A stretch of DNA of 64,000 bases from Actinomycetota bacterium (GTDB taxonomy: Bacteria > Actinomycetota > Coriobacteriia > Anaerosomatales > PHET01), in NCBI GenBank assembly GCA_029265315.1, contig JAJUJM010000008.1:37777-101776 (forward strand), read 5' to 3'. Positions 20,466-30,638 of the stretch are shown here, piece after piece (within the stretch, counting starts at the first letter, position 1; every line of letters starts with the position of its first letter). The position numbers were made by a program, and so were the translations under genes. The notes under the pieces were generated by a model. It was not told the DNA's origin, did no database searches, and saw only the letters and a list, made by a program, of their open reading frames with translations.

Positions 20466-20818
20466 GGGGGTGACTGGTTTCGACACGATAGCTTTGACGG
20501 AGGAAGCAGGCCGAGGTCTCCTCGCCTCGTTAAACAGGGGTGCAGACGCTCAAGCGTCGACAATGACTTTGCCCTCGCTGCCTAGATAGAGCAGCGACGC
20601 CAACCGGTACGCGTCCCCGGTACCGCGACGGCGCCATTCAAGGGGACTGCTGCGAAGGACGTGGGCGGTATGCCTCTCGCATAAGATCGAACCGCCTGGG
20701 CGTGAGCACGTGGGTCACCGCATGTCGCTCAAGCCGAGATGCCAAGCGGTGACTGAGCCTGGAGATGCCTCCCGGGGGGCTACCGTGGACATGGGTTCGA
20801 CTCCCATCACCTCCACCA
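20466..20818 (+). ncRNA. ssrA: tmRNA (SsrA)
   Basis: 5' GGGGGTGACTGGTTTCGAC pairs with 3' ...CACCTCCACCA, giving an acceptor stem with a G3:U70 wobble. T-arm GGGTTCGACTCCC. Internal tag frame ends ...GAC AAT GAC TTT GCC CTC GCT GCC TAG (..DNDFALAA*). Confidence 0.9.
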
Positions 20819-20829
20819 GACATCGAGGT

Positions 20830-20851
20830 CCGGGCGCTACGGTGCCCGGTT
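20830..20851 (+). terminator. Stem-loop after ssrA (CCGGGC-N8-GCCCGG-TT)
   Basis: A 6-bp GC stem starts 12 nt after the tmRNA CCA end. The T tail is short. Confidence 0.35.
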
Positions 20852-20995
20852 GCGCGGCCTGTCGCTTTCGCTGAGCGGCGGGCCGTCACTTGTTCGTAGG
20901 GGAATACTCGTCTGAGGCGTCAAGAAGCGTCGGTCATGCGTGGACTCGCCGCTCGTGGGAGCGCGTGATCGCGGAGGGATGGGGGTGAGAAGCTG

Positions 20996-22648
20996 ATGGA
21001 CCCTGCGCGGGACATCACCTCTGCCGCCCTCGTCGAGGCCGCTGGCTTGCTCGGGACCGCGACGGTGCCGATCGCGCTGGTCGCTTCGGACGGCTCGGCG
21101 CTCTACTGCAACGATGCGTGGCGCCGGTTGATGGGCGAGCCGTCGACCGGTTCTTGGGGCTGGCTTGCAGCAGTGTCAGCTCCCGGTCGTGAGCGGGCGC
21201 GCCGTGAGTTCATCGCTGCTCTTGAAGAGTGTCGTTCGGGCGAGGTGGAGCTCTCGGTCACCGCGTCGGATGGAGCGTTGTCAGAAGTGGTGCTCGTGGT
21301 CGCGCCTATGCAACGAGGCCCGGCCGGCGCTTTGGTGCTCGCGTGGGACGTCACCGAGCGGCGTCGTAACGAGGACCGGCTCGCGTTCATGGCGGGCCAC
21401 GACGCGCTGACCGGGCTTGCGAATCGCAGGTCGTTCGACGAGGCGCTCGACCGGGCGGTGCATCGCGCCGCGCGCGGGGTGCGTTCGCATGTGCTGCTCC
21501 TCGACGTCGATAGGTTGAAGACACACAACGACACGCGCGGTCATGCGGCCGGCGATCAGGCCCTCGTCAATGCGGCGCTGTTGCTGAGGCGCATCGTCCG
21601 TGCCAGTGACCTGCCCGCACGCATCGGTGGAGACGAGTTCGCGGTCCTGCTTGAGGACTCCACCGCCGAGGAGGCTCGCGCGATCACCGAGCGCATCCGT
21701 CTGGCGGCGTCTGAGAACGGCCTGGCAGACGGTGGTCGCGAGACGGGGCTCGGGTTCTCGTGCGGCATCGCGGCCCTCGACGCCTCGGCGGATGCGCGGA
21801 CCGTGATGGAGAGGGCCGACGCTGCGCTCTATGCGGCGAAGTCGTCAGGGCGTAACCGCGTGGTCGAGTGGGAGGCTGCGCTCCACCAGGCAGACGCATC
21901 TGAACGAATCGCCTCGATCGTACGTGAGGCGTTCTCGCGCGACGGGTTCCATCTGGTGTACCAGCCAGTGGTCGATCTGGCCGACGGGTCGATCGCCTAC
22001 TTCGAGTCGCTCGTGCGATTGACCGCGCCTTCAGGTCGCGTCCTCATGCCCAGCGAGTTCCTGCCGGTCGTGGAGCGCCTCGGTATGATGCCGCGGCTCA
22101 CGCGGCGCGTGGTCGAGCTCGTGTTGTGGCAGATCGCCAATCTGCCGGGTCTGGATGTGTCGGTCAACGTCTCCGGCACGGACCTGGCCGACACAGAGCT
22201 TCTGCGCGACCTTGAGCAGGCCGTCCGGTCGAGCCGCGATGCGAGAGGTCGCTTCATCCTGGAGATCCCGGAAGCCACGCTTCTGGCCCACCTGGCGGGC
22301 GGGCGGGACTGGATGGAGACGCTATCGGACGCTGGGTGCCGGTTCGTGCTCGACGATTTCGGGACGGGTATCGGGATGTTCGTCCTGCTGCGCGAGCCGC
22401 ACGTGGAGAAGGTCAAACTGTCGCGTACCATCACGCGGGCGTTGGGTGTCGAGGACGGCCGCAGTGCGTTCGTGAAGGCGTTGCGTGAGCTGATCGAGTC
22501 GCAGGGCAAGTCCGCGGTCGCGACGTATCTGGAGACTGAGCGCCTCCTCGGCGAGGCCCGACATGCCGGCTTCAGGCTTGCGCAAGGGTATCGCATCGGC
22601 GAACCGCAACCGGACCTTGCCAAGCTCGCTGAGAGTCTGCGGACCTGA
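20996..22648 (+). CDS. PAS-GGDEF-EAL c-di-GMP signalling protein
   Basis: N-terminal PAS-like region. RASD I-site 5 aa before GGDEF (RIGGDEFAVLL). EAL domain with YFESLVR and DDFGTG motifs. Confidence 0.85.
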   Translation: MDPARDITSAALVEAAGLLGTATVPIALVASDGSALYCNDAWRRLMGEPSTGSWGWLAAVSAPGRERARREFIAALEECRSGEVELSVTASDGALSEVVLVVAPMQRGPAGALVLAWDVTERRRNEDRLAFMAGHDALTGLANRRSFDEALDRAVHRAARGVRSHVLLLDVDRLKTHNDTRGHAAGDQALVNAALLLRRIVRASDLPARIGGDEFAVLLEDSTAEEARAITERIRLAASENGLADGGRETGLGFSCGIAALDASADARTVMERADAALYAAKSSGRNRVVEWEAALHQADASERIASIVREAFSRDGFHLVYQPVVDLADGSIAYFESLVRLTAPSGRVLMPSEFLPVVERLGMMPRLTRRVVELVLWQIANLPGLDVSVNVSGTDLADTELLRDLEQAVRSSRDARGRFILEIPEATLLAHLAGGRDWMETLSDAGCRFVLDDFGTGIGMFVLLREPHVEKVKLSRTITRALGVEDGRSAFVKALRELIESQGKSAVATYLETERLLGEARHAGFRLAQGYRIGEPQPDLAKLAESLRT

Positions 22649-23559
22649 TGGTGAGAGGCCGTGCAGGTCATGGCGGACCATGCGCCGCAGAGGGTCACGA
22701 GGCGTCTCGACGTGACGCAGTCGTCTCCGTCGGTCCCCACCGTGCGTTGACCGGTGTGCTCGAGGGTGTCCGAAGCACCGCGTACGGCGTCACATGGCTT
22801 GCCGGCGACTTCGGCGATGAACCTGCCGTTCGACATCCGGCTTCCTTGATCGCTCGCGTGTGTGCTCTCGACGTGGAGTTCGTGTTCGTCGATGCGGGCG
22901 AACCTTGGGCGGACGCGCTGTGTGAGGAGCTCGGCCGAGCGGGGGTCGAGCCTGCCTGGGCGGTGCCGGGCCCACTTTCCCGTGCTGCGGGGAGCCTGGG
23001 TTGGGGGCTCGTGATGAGGGAGTCGGCCAGAGACCCGGACTCACTCGCCCGTCGAGTACAAGACGGTATGCCCGCTGTGCTCGAGGACATCGCCCGGGGA
23101 GCCGATCTGGGCGCACGCGTGTTCGTCCTGGCCGATGAGCTGGCATCGTCTGCCGGATGGCTCGTCGATCCCACCTTCGTGCGGAGCTGGCTTCTCCCAA
23201 CCTATGCGCCCTTCGTCACATCAGTGAGGGCGAGCGGTGGCCACGCGATGTTGCATTCAGACGGCGACATCGTCTCGCTCGTCAGTGATGTGGCCGAGCT
23301 CGGGTTCCGCGCGATTCATCTAGGGCCGGGGGCTGCGACTCCTGACGCGGTCAGGGCCGTGCGCGCCGCTGGGGTCGTGCCCGCAGGCGGCGTCTCGGTC
23401 CGCGAGGCACTTGAGAATCCGGAACAGGCTGTGACCGCATCGATGTCTCTCGCTTCGGAGGGGCCGATGGTGCTCTGTGACGATGGCGCCATCGCATCGA
23501 CCGTCGAATTGCACGCGGTTGCGAGGGTGCTCGCGAGCCTGCGGGGTCAACAGTGCTGA
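22648..23559 (+). CDS. Hypothetical protein, weak uroporphyrinogen-decarboxylase/MtaA-like (URO-D fold) resemblance
   Basis: TGATG coupling to the upstream gene. C-terminal half (FVLADELA...AMLHSDGDI...GFRAIHLGP) resembles URO-D family barrels. The assignment is tentative. Confidence 0.35.
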   Translation: MVRGRAGHGGPCAAEGHEASRRDAVVSVGPHRALTGVLEGVRSTAYGVTWLAGDFGDEPAVRHPASLIARVCALDVEFVFVDAGEPWADALCEELGRAGVEPAWAVPGPLSRAAGSLGWGLVMRESARDPDSLARRVQDGMPAVLEDIARGADLGARVFVLADELASSAGWLVDPTFVRSWLLPTYAPFVTSVRASGGHAMLHSDGDIVSLVSDVAELGFRAIHLGPGAATPDAVRAVRAAGVVPAGGVSVREALENPEQAVTASMSLASEGPMVLCDDGAIASTVELHAVARVLASLRGQQC

Positions 23560-23619
23560 ACTGGTGGTCCGACACGCGCGACACGACGTGATTCCAGCTA
23601 CCGAGCACCACGGTCTACG

Positions 23620-23628
23620 TGCTAGGAT
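23620..23628 (+). promoter_or_regulatory. Candidate extended -10 promoter TGCTAGGAT for the chemosensory operon
   Basis: One mismatch from the TGCTAGAAT motif. Lies 80 nt upstream of GTG 23708 in a 148-nt intergenic gap. Confidence 0.3.
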
Positions 23629-23707
23629 TGCGTAGCGCGCGGCTACTCGCCCAGGGGTGAGGCGCGCGCTGGACGGCCGGTTCTCCCTATGACGAAAGGC
23701 CCGTTTC

Positions 23708-24454
23708 GTGGCGCTCGAGGGCAACCTCAAGGACTTCTCCCTCTCTGACATGTTCCGTCTGCTCCAGACCGGGGCCAAGACGGGGGTGTTGCACATCGAC
23801 CGCGAGGGCGCGCACGGCGTCGTCTGCTTCCGTGACGGCCAGGTCTACCACGCAAGCGCGTCGGGCACCTCCGAACCTGCGGGCAAGCGACTGGCCAAGA
23901 CGGGCGTGGTCTCCGAGAAGCAGCTGCGACAGGCGCAGGGCCTGATGAAGATACAGAAGAAGGACAAGGCCGAGCGCAAGCTGGGGCAGATCCTCGTTGA
24001 CGAAGGCTACTTGGAATCCTCAGTGCTCGAGGACTTCGTCCGTGAGGTCGTCGCCGATGCGCTGTTCGACCTCATGAGGTGGGAGGAAGGCGAGCTGCGT
24101 TTCGAGCCCGACGAAGTCGTCGCTGACGCGGACCTGGGCATCACCGTGCCTGTCGACGGAGCGCTCGCCGATGCGGCGAGGCGGCTCGAGATGTGGAACC
24201 GCATCCGTGAGAAGATACCTTCCCTCGACACCCGGTTCGCCATGTCTGGGACGCCCGGGGGCAAGTCGGGCGACATCCACCTGAAGCCGCGGGAGTGGAT
24301 GCTTCTGTGCTACCTGCATGGCAGCCGCAGTGTGAGAGAGCTCATCGAGCTCACCGGCTACAGCGATTTCGACACAGCCAAGATCCTGTACGGCATGTAC
24401 GCCGCCGGGCTCATCGAGAAGGTCGGACCCGCGGGCGAGCGGCTTGAGGACTGA
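23708..24454 (+). CDS. PATAN/DUF4388-domain protein with C-terminal wHTH-like region
   Basis: GTG start. N-terminal LEGNLKDFSLSDMFRLLQTGAKTGVLHI...FRDGQVYHA is the DUF4388 signature. First gene of the che operon. Confidence 0.75.
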   Translation: MALEGNLKDFSLSDMFRLLQTGAKTGVLHIDREGAHGVVCFRDGQVYHASASGTSEPAGKRLAKTGVVSEKQLRQAQGLMKIQKKDKAERKLGQILVDEGYLESSVLEDFVREVVADALFDLMRWEEGELRFEPDEVVADADLGITVPVDGALADAARRLEMWNRIREKIPSLDTRFAMSGTPGGKSGDIHLKPREWMLLCYLHGSRSVRELIELTGYSDFDTAKILYGMYAAGLIEKVGPAGERLED

Positions 24455-24459
24455 CGACC

Positions 24460-25989
24460 GTGCATGAGGATTCGCTTCGCAAGGACCTCACGCCTGCCGA
24501 GTTCCAGCTGTTCCGGGACTGGATCCACCAGCACTCCGGGATCTTCTTGGAGGAGTCGAAAGCCGATTCGCTCCGTATCTCCCTCGTGACCCGGGCGACA
24601 CGCCACGACTTCACCGATTACCGCGACTACTTCCGGCTGCTTTCCAATGACGAGGACGAGTTCAAGGAGCTCATGAACCTCGTCACGATCAACGAGACGA
24701 GCTTCTTTCGCTTTCCGGCTCAGTTCGAGGCCTTGCGTGACAAGGTGATTCCCGAGATCCTCGACGGTCGTCCTCAGGGGGCTCCCCGGCAGTTCCGGGT
24801 GTGGTCGGCCGGCTGCTCGACCGGTGAGGAACCGTACACCCTGTCGATCACCCTCCTCGAGTCATGCCTCGAAGGGCTTGGCTACACCTTCGAGGTGGTC
24901 GGCACCGACGTCTCGACCCAAGCGCTCGACCGGGCGCGCAAGGCCGTGTATCCGGAGCGAGCCGTCGCCAATCTCGCGCCGGCCGTGGTCCAGCGGTGGT
25001 TCGAGCCCGTGAGCGGCGGCTACCGGCCGATCAAGCGGGTGCGTGAGAAGTGCTCTTTCCACTTCCACAATCTGATCAAGGAACCGTATCCGCTGGCCCT
25101 CATGAGCAACTGGGACGTCATCTTCTGCCGCAACGTCACCATCTACTTCAAGGTCGAGTCGACACGGCGAGTGGTCGACCACTACTTCGACGCGCTGAAC
25201 CCCGGGGGATACCTGTTCATCGGTCATTCCGAGACGCTGACCTCTATCTCCGACCGCTTCGAGCCGGTCGAGATCGGCGGCGTGTTCCTCTATCGCAAGC
25301 CTCATGTCAAGCGAGCGCTGTCGTTCGAAGACGTCATGGCGCGCCGTCAGCGCAGGAGCGGGGTCAGACCCGTGAGGGAGAAGCCACGGGAGGACACGGC
25401 ACCCGGGACGAAGGGGGCGCTGCCGTCGCTGCGCTCACACCGGGCCGCGACCGAGCCCGAGCCTGAGCCTGAAGTGAGTCAGGCCGAGCAACTCATCGCC
25501 CAAGCCAAGGCGCGGCTCGAACAGGCGAGCGCCGCGGAGGCGTTGGTACTGGCCAACGAAGCCGTGACGCTCGAGCCCGACAACATCGAGGCCCACCTGG
25601 TGGCCGCCTTCGCCTACGCCGACCTGGGCAAGCTCGAAGAGGCGATGGAGCAGGCCGAGACGGTGCTCGCCACCTATCCGCTCACCGCCGGTGCGCGCTA
25701 CATCATGGGCGTGATACAGCAGCAGCGGGGCAACATCGACGAGGCGATCGCTGAATTCAAGCGCACCATCTACATCGATCCCGATTTCGTGCTGGCGCAT
25801 TTCGCCATCGCGAACCTGCAGCGTCAGCAGGGCAACGTCGCCGACGCGTGCCGGGAATACGAGAACACCTTGAGGGCGCTGTACGCGAAGCCCGAGGGGT
25901 CATGGACGGCGTTTCTCGGAGGCTTCAGGCCTGATCTTCTGGCGAGGAGTTGTGAGCGTAGTCTGATAGAGTGTGGACGTGGCCGATAG
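24460..25989 (+). CDS. cheR: CheR-type chemoreceptor methyltransferase fused to C-terminal TPR repeats
   Basis: ETSFFR and SAGCSTGEEPYTLS SAM-binding motifs. C-terminal ~150 aa are TPR-like repeats (as in FrzF/WspC). Confidence 0.85.
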   Translation: MHEDSLRKDLTPAEFQLFRDWIHQHSGIFLEESKADSLRISLVTRATRHDFTDYRDYFRLLSNDEDEFKELMNLVTINETSFFRFPAQFEALRDKVIPEILDGRPQGAPRQFRVWSAGCSTGEEPYTLSITLLESCLEGLGYTFEVVGTDVSTQALDRARKAVYPERAVANLAPAVVQRWFEPVSGGYRPIKRVREKCSFHFHNLIKEPYPLALMSNWDVIFCRNVTIYFKVESTRRVVDHYFDALNPGGYLFIGHSETLTSISDRFEPVEIGGVFLYRKPHVKRALSFEDVMARRQRRSGVRPVREKPREDTAPGTKGALPSLRSHRAATEPEPEPEVSQAEQLIAQAKARLEQASAAEALVLANEAVTLEPDNIEAHLVAAFAYADLGKLEEAMEQAETVLATYPLTAGARYIMGVIQQQRGNIDEAIAEFKRTIYIDPDFVLAHFAIANLQRQQGNVADACREYENTLRALYAKPEGSWTAFLGGFRPDLLARSCERSLIECGRGR

Positions 25990-26063
25990 CTCTGTGATGT
26001 AGCGGCTCTGCCGAGTTCACGGGGTGTACGCGGCCGGACCATGGGACGAGGGGAGTCACCCGT

Positions 26064-26444
26064 ATGGCGACAGCGCGGATTCTCGCGGTAGACGACAGCC
26101 CGACCATCCTTGAGATGATCAAGGCGATCCTCATCGCGGGCGGCTATGAGGTCATCACCGCGGCGGACGGTGCTGAGGCACTGGAGAAGGCCCGAGCGGA
26201 GATGCCCGACCTGATTCTGCTCGACGTGATGCTTCCCAAGCTGGACGGGTACCGGGTGTGCCGTCTGCTCAAGTTCGACCAGAAGTACAAGGGTATCCCC
26301 ATCATCATGCTCACGGCCAAGACGGAAGAGCAGGCGATGGCCACAGGCATCCGCACAGGCGCCAACCAGTACCTGACCAAGCCCATCGAGCCGGAGAAGC
26401 TCCTTGCTGCGGTCGCCGAGGAGCTGGCCAAGGCGCAAGGCTGA
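26064..26444 (+). CDS. Single-domain response regulator (CheY-like receiver)
   Basis: Receiver motifs ILAVDDS, phospho-acceptor LILLDVMLPKLDG, MLTAK, and K in YLTKP. Confidence 0.85.
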   Translation: MATARILAVDDSPTILEMIKAILIAGGYEVITAADGAEALEKARAEMPDLILLDVMLPKLDGYRVCRLLKFDQKYKGIPIIMLTAKTEEQAMATGIRTGANQYLTKPIEPEKLLAAVAEELAKAQG

Positions 26445-26458
26445 TAGGGCGGGGAGAC

Positions 26459-28276
26459 GTGCCGGAGTCGAACTCTATCGCGGGAAGGGTCTTGGACGCG
26501 GCGGTGGGCGCGGGGATGCTCGCCGTCGACCAGGTGTCGAGCGCTCGCGCCGAGTCGGTGGACGACGCCGGGGCCGGTCGCGTCCTGCTCGGGCGAGGAC
26601 TGCTCTCCTCAGAGCAGCTCGCCACGATCCTTGAGGACCATCTCGGCTTTCCGCGTGTCGACCTCGAGAGCTACGCGCCCGATGAAGAGGCGCTTGCGAT
26701 CATGCCCCCTGCAGTGGCCCGCGCACGCGACCTGCTGCCGCTGTTCGAGATCGAGGGAACCCTCACGGTCGCCATCGGACGTCCTGAAGACATCTTCGAG
26801 TTGGACGCCGTGGGTGCCGAGCTCGGGGTGAGCATCGACGCGGTGCTCGCGGACCCCCACGAGGTCACTGCCGCCGTTGCGCAGTACTTCGGTCAGGCAT
26901 CTCCGGTCGATGTGCCGTCGATCGACGTGCCTGCGGAGGACCTCGAGATATCCGCCTCCGACTTCTTCGAGCTCGGCGACGACACTCCAGTCGTGATGGA
27001 GGTCCCGTCTTCCGAGCCCGCGCCCGGCGAACACGCTCCGGCGCAGACGGTCGAGCAGGTCGTGGAGGCAGTCGCACCCGAAGGCGCTCCTTCGGTGGAT
27101 TTGGACGTGCTCGCGGTGGCGGACGAGCGCAAGGTCGCTGTGCTCGTGACCGATATCCTCGAGCAGGCCGTCGCGCGCGGTGCGAGTCGTATCCATCTGC
27201 TGCCGTACAAGACCGATTTCTTCCTCGTCTTCCGCATCAAGGGCCGTCTGGAGAAAGTGGCGAGCGCGCCACTGTCGATGCAGCAACCTTTGATCGATGG
27301 CTTCAAGTCGTTCGCGAAGCTCGGCGGGGTCGCATCGAACCGGCCCGCGCTCGGCCGCGTCCACGCCGACATCGCAGGCAAGCCGGTCGTGCTCACGCTC
27401 TCGTCGGTACCCACCGTCGCCGGTCAGCGTCTGGTCATCTCCATCAGCGTGCAGCGACCTCAGCCGCGCGACCTGGCCGAGATCGGCATGTCGGAGGCCG
27501 AGAGTCGCGCCCTGTACGCCATGGTCGAGCGAGGCCGGGGCATCCTGCTCGTCGCCGGGCCCGTAGGCGGGGGGCGCTCGACGACGTACTACGCACTCCT
27601 CCAGCATGCAGCACAGGTCGGCAAGACGGTGTATTCCGTCGAGCGCTCGATCGACTACGAGATCCCTGCGGTGGCGCAGGTGCTCGTGAGCCCTGGGCAG
27701 CCCATCGGTGCATCGAGCTACTTCGCGGCAGGCATGCGCCAGGACACGGACGTCATGGCGATCGACTCCATACAGTCGACGGAGGACGTTCACCTGGCCA
27801 TCGAGGCGGCTGGGCTCGGCAAGCTGGTCGTCGCAACGTTCGCCGGTGGCGACATCGTGCACGCGGTGCGCCGGATGCTCGATCTGGGGACGGAACCGGT
27901 CTCTTTGGCGAGTGCACTGACGCTCGGTGTCGCGCAGCGGGTCGTGCGCACCAACTGCCCGAACTGTTCGGTCGAGGAGCGGAGTCCTCTGGCATCACGC
28001 ATTCCGGGCGCCGAGCCCGGATTGACGTCGAAACGAGGCACCGGGTGCCCGAACTGCGGCAAGACGGGTTTCGCCGGCGCGACCATCGTCTATGAGGTGT
28101 TGCCCTTCACCGAGCCGGTGCGTGCGGTCATCGCGCGTGGCGGTTCTGCCGATGATATCGAGGCGGCGGCACGTGCGGCCGGGATGCGCCCGATGATCGC
28201 GTCCGGTTTGGCGAAGGTGAAGGAAGGCATCGTGAGTCCCGAGGAGCTCGATCGGGTCATGAGATACGCACAGTGA
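26459..28276 (+). CDS. GspE/PilB-family secretion-ATPase homologue with T2SSE_N domain and degenerate catalytic motifs (predicted pseudo-ATPase)
   Basis: GTG 26459 inside track ORF 26258-28276. N-terminal GspE_N-like domain. Walker A is GPVGGGRST (Arg for Lys). DSIQS replaces GEIRD. LGKLVVATFAGGD replaces TGHLVxSTLHTND. The tetracysteine CPNC...CPNC is retained. Confidence 0.8.
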   Translation: MPESNSIAGRVLDAAVGAGMLAVDQVSSARAESVDDAGAGRVLLGRGLLSSEQLATILEDHLGFPRVDLESYAPDEEALAIMPPAVARARDLLPLFEIEGTLTVAIGRPEDIFELDAVGAELGVSIDAVLADPHEVTAAVAQYFGQASPVDVPSIDVPAEDLEISASDFFELGDDTPVVMEVPSSEPAPGEHAPAQTVEQVVEAVAPEGAPSVDLDVLAVADERKVAVLVTDILEQAVARGASRIHLLPYKTDFFLVFRIKGRLEKVASAPLSMQQPLIDGFKSFAKLGGVASNRPALGRVHADIAGKPVVLTLSSVPTVAGQRLVISISVQRPQPRDLAEIGMSEAESRALYAMVERGRGILLVAGPVGGGRSTTYYALLQHAAQVGKTVYSVERSIDYEIPAVAQVLVSPGQPIGASSYFAAGMRQDTDVMAIDSIQSTEDVHLAIEAAGLGKLVVATFAGGDIVHAVRRMLDLGTEPVSLASALTLGVAQRVVRTNCPNCSVEERSPLASRIPGAEPGLTSKRGTGCPNCGKTGFAGATIVYEVLPFTEPVRAVIARGGSADDIEAAARAAGMRPMIASGLAKVKEGIVSPEELDRVMRYAQ

Positions 28277-28776
28277 GGCCATGGATGACCGAAGAGAACA
28301 CTCCACTGAGCGACGTTGACGAAGAGGGAACAGGGGTCCACGCGTATGTCGAGCGGGCCGTGGCGTTCTTCCTCGACGCGCAGCGCTACGCGCTTCCGAT
28401 CGACCGCGTTCAGGAGATACAGCAGATCGTCGCGTTCTCCGAGGTGCCGGGTGGTGGTACTGGCGTCGTCGGGATGATCAACCTGCGTGGCCACGTGATC
28501 CCGGCGGTTGACCTGCGCCGTATCGTTGGGCTGCCGCCGCGAGAATATGACCTCGAGACGCCCATGATCATCTGCCGCATCAAGGGCCAGCTCGTGGCAC
28601 TGGTCGTCGACGAGGTGCAGGACGTGCTGGAGCTGCCCGACGGTTGCCTGCAGGCAGCTCCGCCGATGCACGCCCTGTCCTCGAAGATGATCGGAGTCGC
28701 TCGCCTGGATGACGGCCTCGTCTATCTGCTCGACCTCGACCTGCTGCTCGGGCCGACGTTGTCGGGAGGGTGGTGA
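28273..28776 (+). CDS. cheW: CheW-like coupling protein 1
   Basis: GTGA overlap with the upstream gene. CheW fold motifs YALPIDRVQEI and GMINLRGHVIPAVDLR. Confidence 0.8.
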   Translation: MRPWMTEENTPLSDVDEEGTGVHAYVERAVAFFLDAQRYALPIDRVQEIQQIVAFSEVPGGGTGVVGMINLRGHVIPAVDLRRIVGLPPREYDLETPMIICRIKGQLVALVVDEVQDVLELPDGCLQAAPPMHALSSKMIGVARLDDGLVYLLDLDLLLGPTLSGGW

Positions 28777-29342
28777 TGACGATGGTCGACGGTCACGATG
28801 TGAAAGAAGCGAGCACGCTCGCCGAGACCGCTGAGGAGGTATTGCGGCGAAGGGCCGAATCACTCGCGCGAGAGACGCTCGAAGAGGAGGCCACGCACCG
28901 CCTTGCGCTGCTGCTGTTCCGCATCGCGGAGGAGTGGTACGCCGTGAAGGTCGCGGACGTGAGGGAGATCTTCCAGGAGTACGAGATCACGACCGTGCCG
29001 TGCGTGCCGGACCACATCCTCGGCGTGGTCAACGTCCGAGGCGAGATCCTGTCGATCACAGACCCTGCGAAGCTGATGCGTCTCGGGGCGGTCGAGGTGG
29101 GCGGCTCAGTCCAGCCGCCGGCGATCGTCATCGTCGCCGATGAGGTCGCCACCGCCATGGTCGTGGATGAGATCGGCGACATCGCCGAGGTTCCGGACGA
29201 TGCCGTCGAGCCGCCCATCAGCATCATCGACAGGGCCCAGGCCGAGTACATCGCCGGATCGGTGCACGTGGGCGACCTCATGGTCGGGCTCATCAACATT
29301 GAACGTATGCTTGAACCCGTCACGACGGGTGGACGACACTGA
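28770..29342 (+). CDS. cheW: CheW-like coupling protein 2
   Basis: Overlaps the CheW1 3' end. Motifs [12 protein letters not shown] and [14 protein letters not shown]. Confidence 0.8.
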   Translation: MVMTMVDGHDVKEASTLAETAEEVLRRRAESLARETLEEEATHRLALLLFRIAEEWYAVKVADVREIFQEYEITTVPCVPDHILGVVNVRGEILSITDPAKLMRLGAVEVGGSVQPPAIVIVADEVATAMVVDEIGDIAEVPDDAVEPPISIIDRAQAEYIAGSVHVGDLMVGLINIERMLEPVTTGGRH

Positions 29343-29371
29343 GGCTCGCTTCAGACGATGTTGGAGGACTG

Positions 29372-30598
29372 ATGGGAATCTGGAAGCGCATCAACGGCAG
29401 GTTGCTGTACAAGATGACGTTCTTCATCGTCATCCTGCAGGTGGTGTTTCTCCTCTGCCAGTCCATCCTGATCTTCTCGTTGTTCAGAAGTCACCTCGAC
29501 GAGGATCCGGCGGTGCTTTCCGGCCTGCTGACGCTCTTGGGCGTCTCGGTGGTGCTGACCGCCGCGTTCGCTGCCGTGAACTATCTGCTCGTTCGTCGTT
29601 CCTTGGATCCGCTCACCGCGGTCGCCGATTCGGTGCGCGCCGCGTGCCAAGGAGAGATCGGGCGCAAGGTCGCCGTGAAGACCGACGACGAGATCGGCGT
29701 GCTTGCCTCCAGCTACAACCAGATGCTCGACCTCATCGTCTACCTGATCCGCCAGACGCAGGAATCGAGCCGACGTCTCCAGCAGTCAGCGAACGACATC
29801 CTGTCTGCGACCGAGCAGCAGGCTTCGGGTGCTGCTGAGCAGGCCGCCTCGATCTCAGAGACGACCGCGACGATGGAGGAACTCGCGAGCACGTACCGCC
29901 AGATCGCGGAGAACGCCGACCAGGTCGTGAGCATGGCCGAGGCCTCGCTCTCCAACGCCGAATCGGGCCAGCAGGCCGTCATGAACACGCTGACGTCGAT
30001 GGAGAACATCAAGAGTCGCACCCAGCAAAGTGCGAACAAGATCCTCGCCTTGGGCGAGCGCAGCCAGCAGATCGGCCAAGTCCTCACGATCATCAACTCC
30101 ATCGCTGACCAGACCAAGATCCTCGCGTTGAACGCGGCCATCGAGGCGGCGCGTGCCGGAGAGGCCGGCAAGGGCTTCAGCGTCGTCGCGATCGAGATCC
30201 GCAAGCTTGCCGAGTCGGTGGTGGAGTCGACCAGCGAGATCTCGACGATCATGACTGAGATACAGACCGCGGCCAACGAGCTCGTGATGTCCACCGAGCA
30301 GGAGCTCAAGCAGGTGCAGTCGGGTGTCGACCTGGCCCACGTGACAGGAGAGTCACTCGAGCAGATCCTCGAGATGGTCGAGCAGACCACCGTCGCGGCC
30401 AAGGAGATCAGCGCGGCGACGCAGCAGCAGAAGTCCGCGACAGACCAGGTGGTCAAGGCGATGCGCGAGGTCGCGGCGGTGGCGCAACAGACAGCCGCAG
30501 GCTCCCGCCAGGTCGCGAGTGCGGCAGAGCAGCTCTCGTCGATGGCAAGGGAGTCGAGCCAGGTGGGCTCGGCGTTCACGATCGTCGACGGCGCATAG
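29372..30598 (+). CDS. Methyl-accepting chemotaxis protein, 2 TM + HAMP, no periplasmic sensor domain
   Basis: Two TM helices separated by about 10 residues. HAMP ([15 protein letters not shown]). Conserved hairpin tip [37 protein letters not shown]. Confidence 0.9.
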   Translation: MGIWKRINGRLLYKMTFFIVILQVVFLLCQSILIFSLFRSHLDEDPAVLSGLLTLLGVSVVLTAAFAAVNYLLVRRSLDPLTAVADSVRAACQGEIGRKVAVKTDDEIGVLASSYNQMLDLIVYLIRQTQESSRRLQQSANDILSATEQQASGAAEQAASISETTATMEELASTYRQIAENADQVVSMAEASLSNAESGQQAVMNTLTSMENIKSRTQQSANKILALGERSQQIGQVLTIINSIADQTKILALNAAIEAARAGEAGKGFSVVAIEIRKLAESVVESTSEISTIMTEIQTAANELVMSTEQELKQVQSGVDLAHVTGESLEQILEMVEQTTVAAKEISAATQQQKSATDQVVKAMREVAAVAQQTAAGSRQVASAAEQLSSMARESSQVGSAFTIVDGA

Positions 30599-30638
30599 GG
30601 CGCGCGGACAGCCAGGCACACGACAGGAAGGCGACGCC

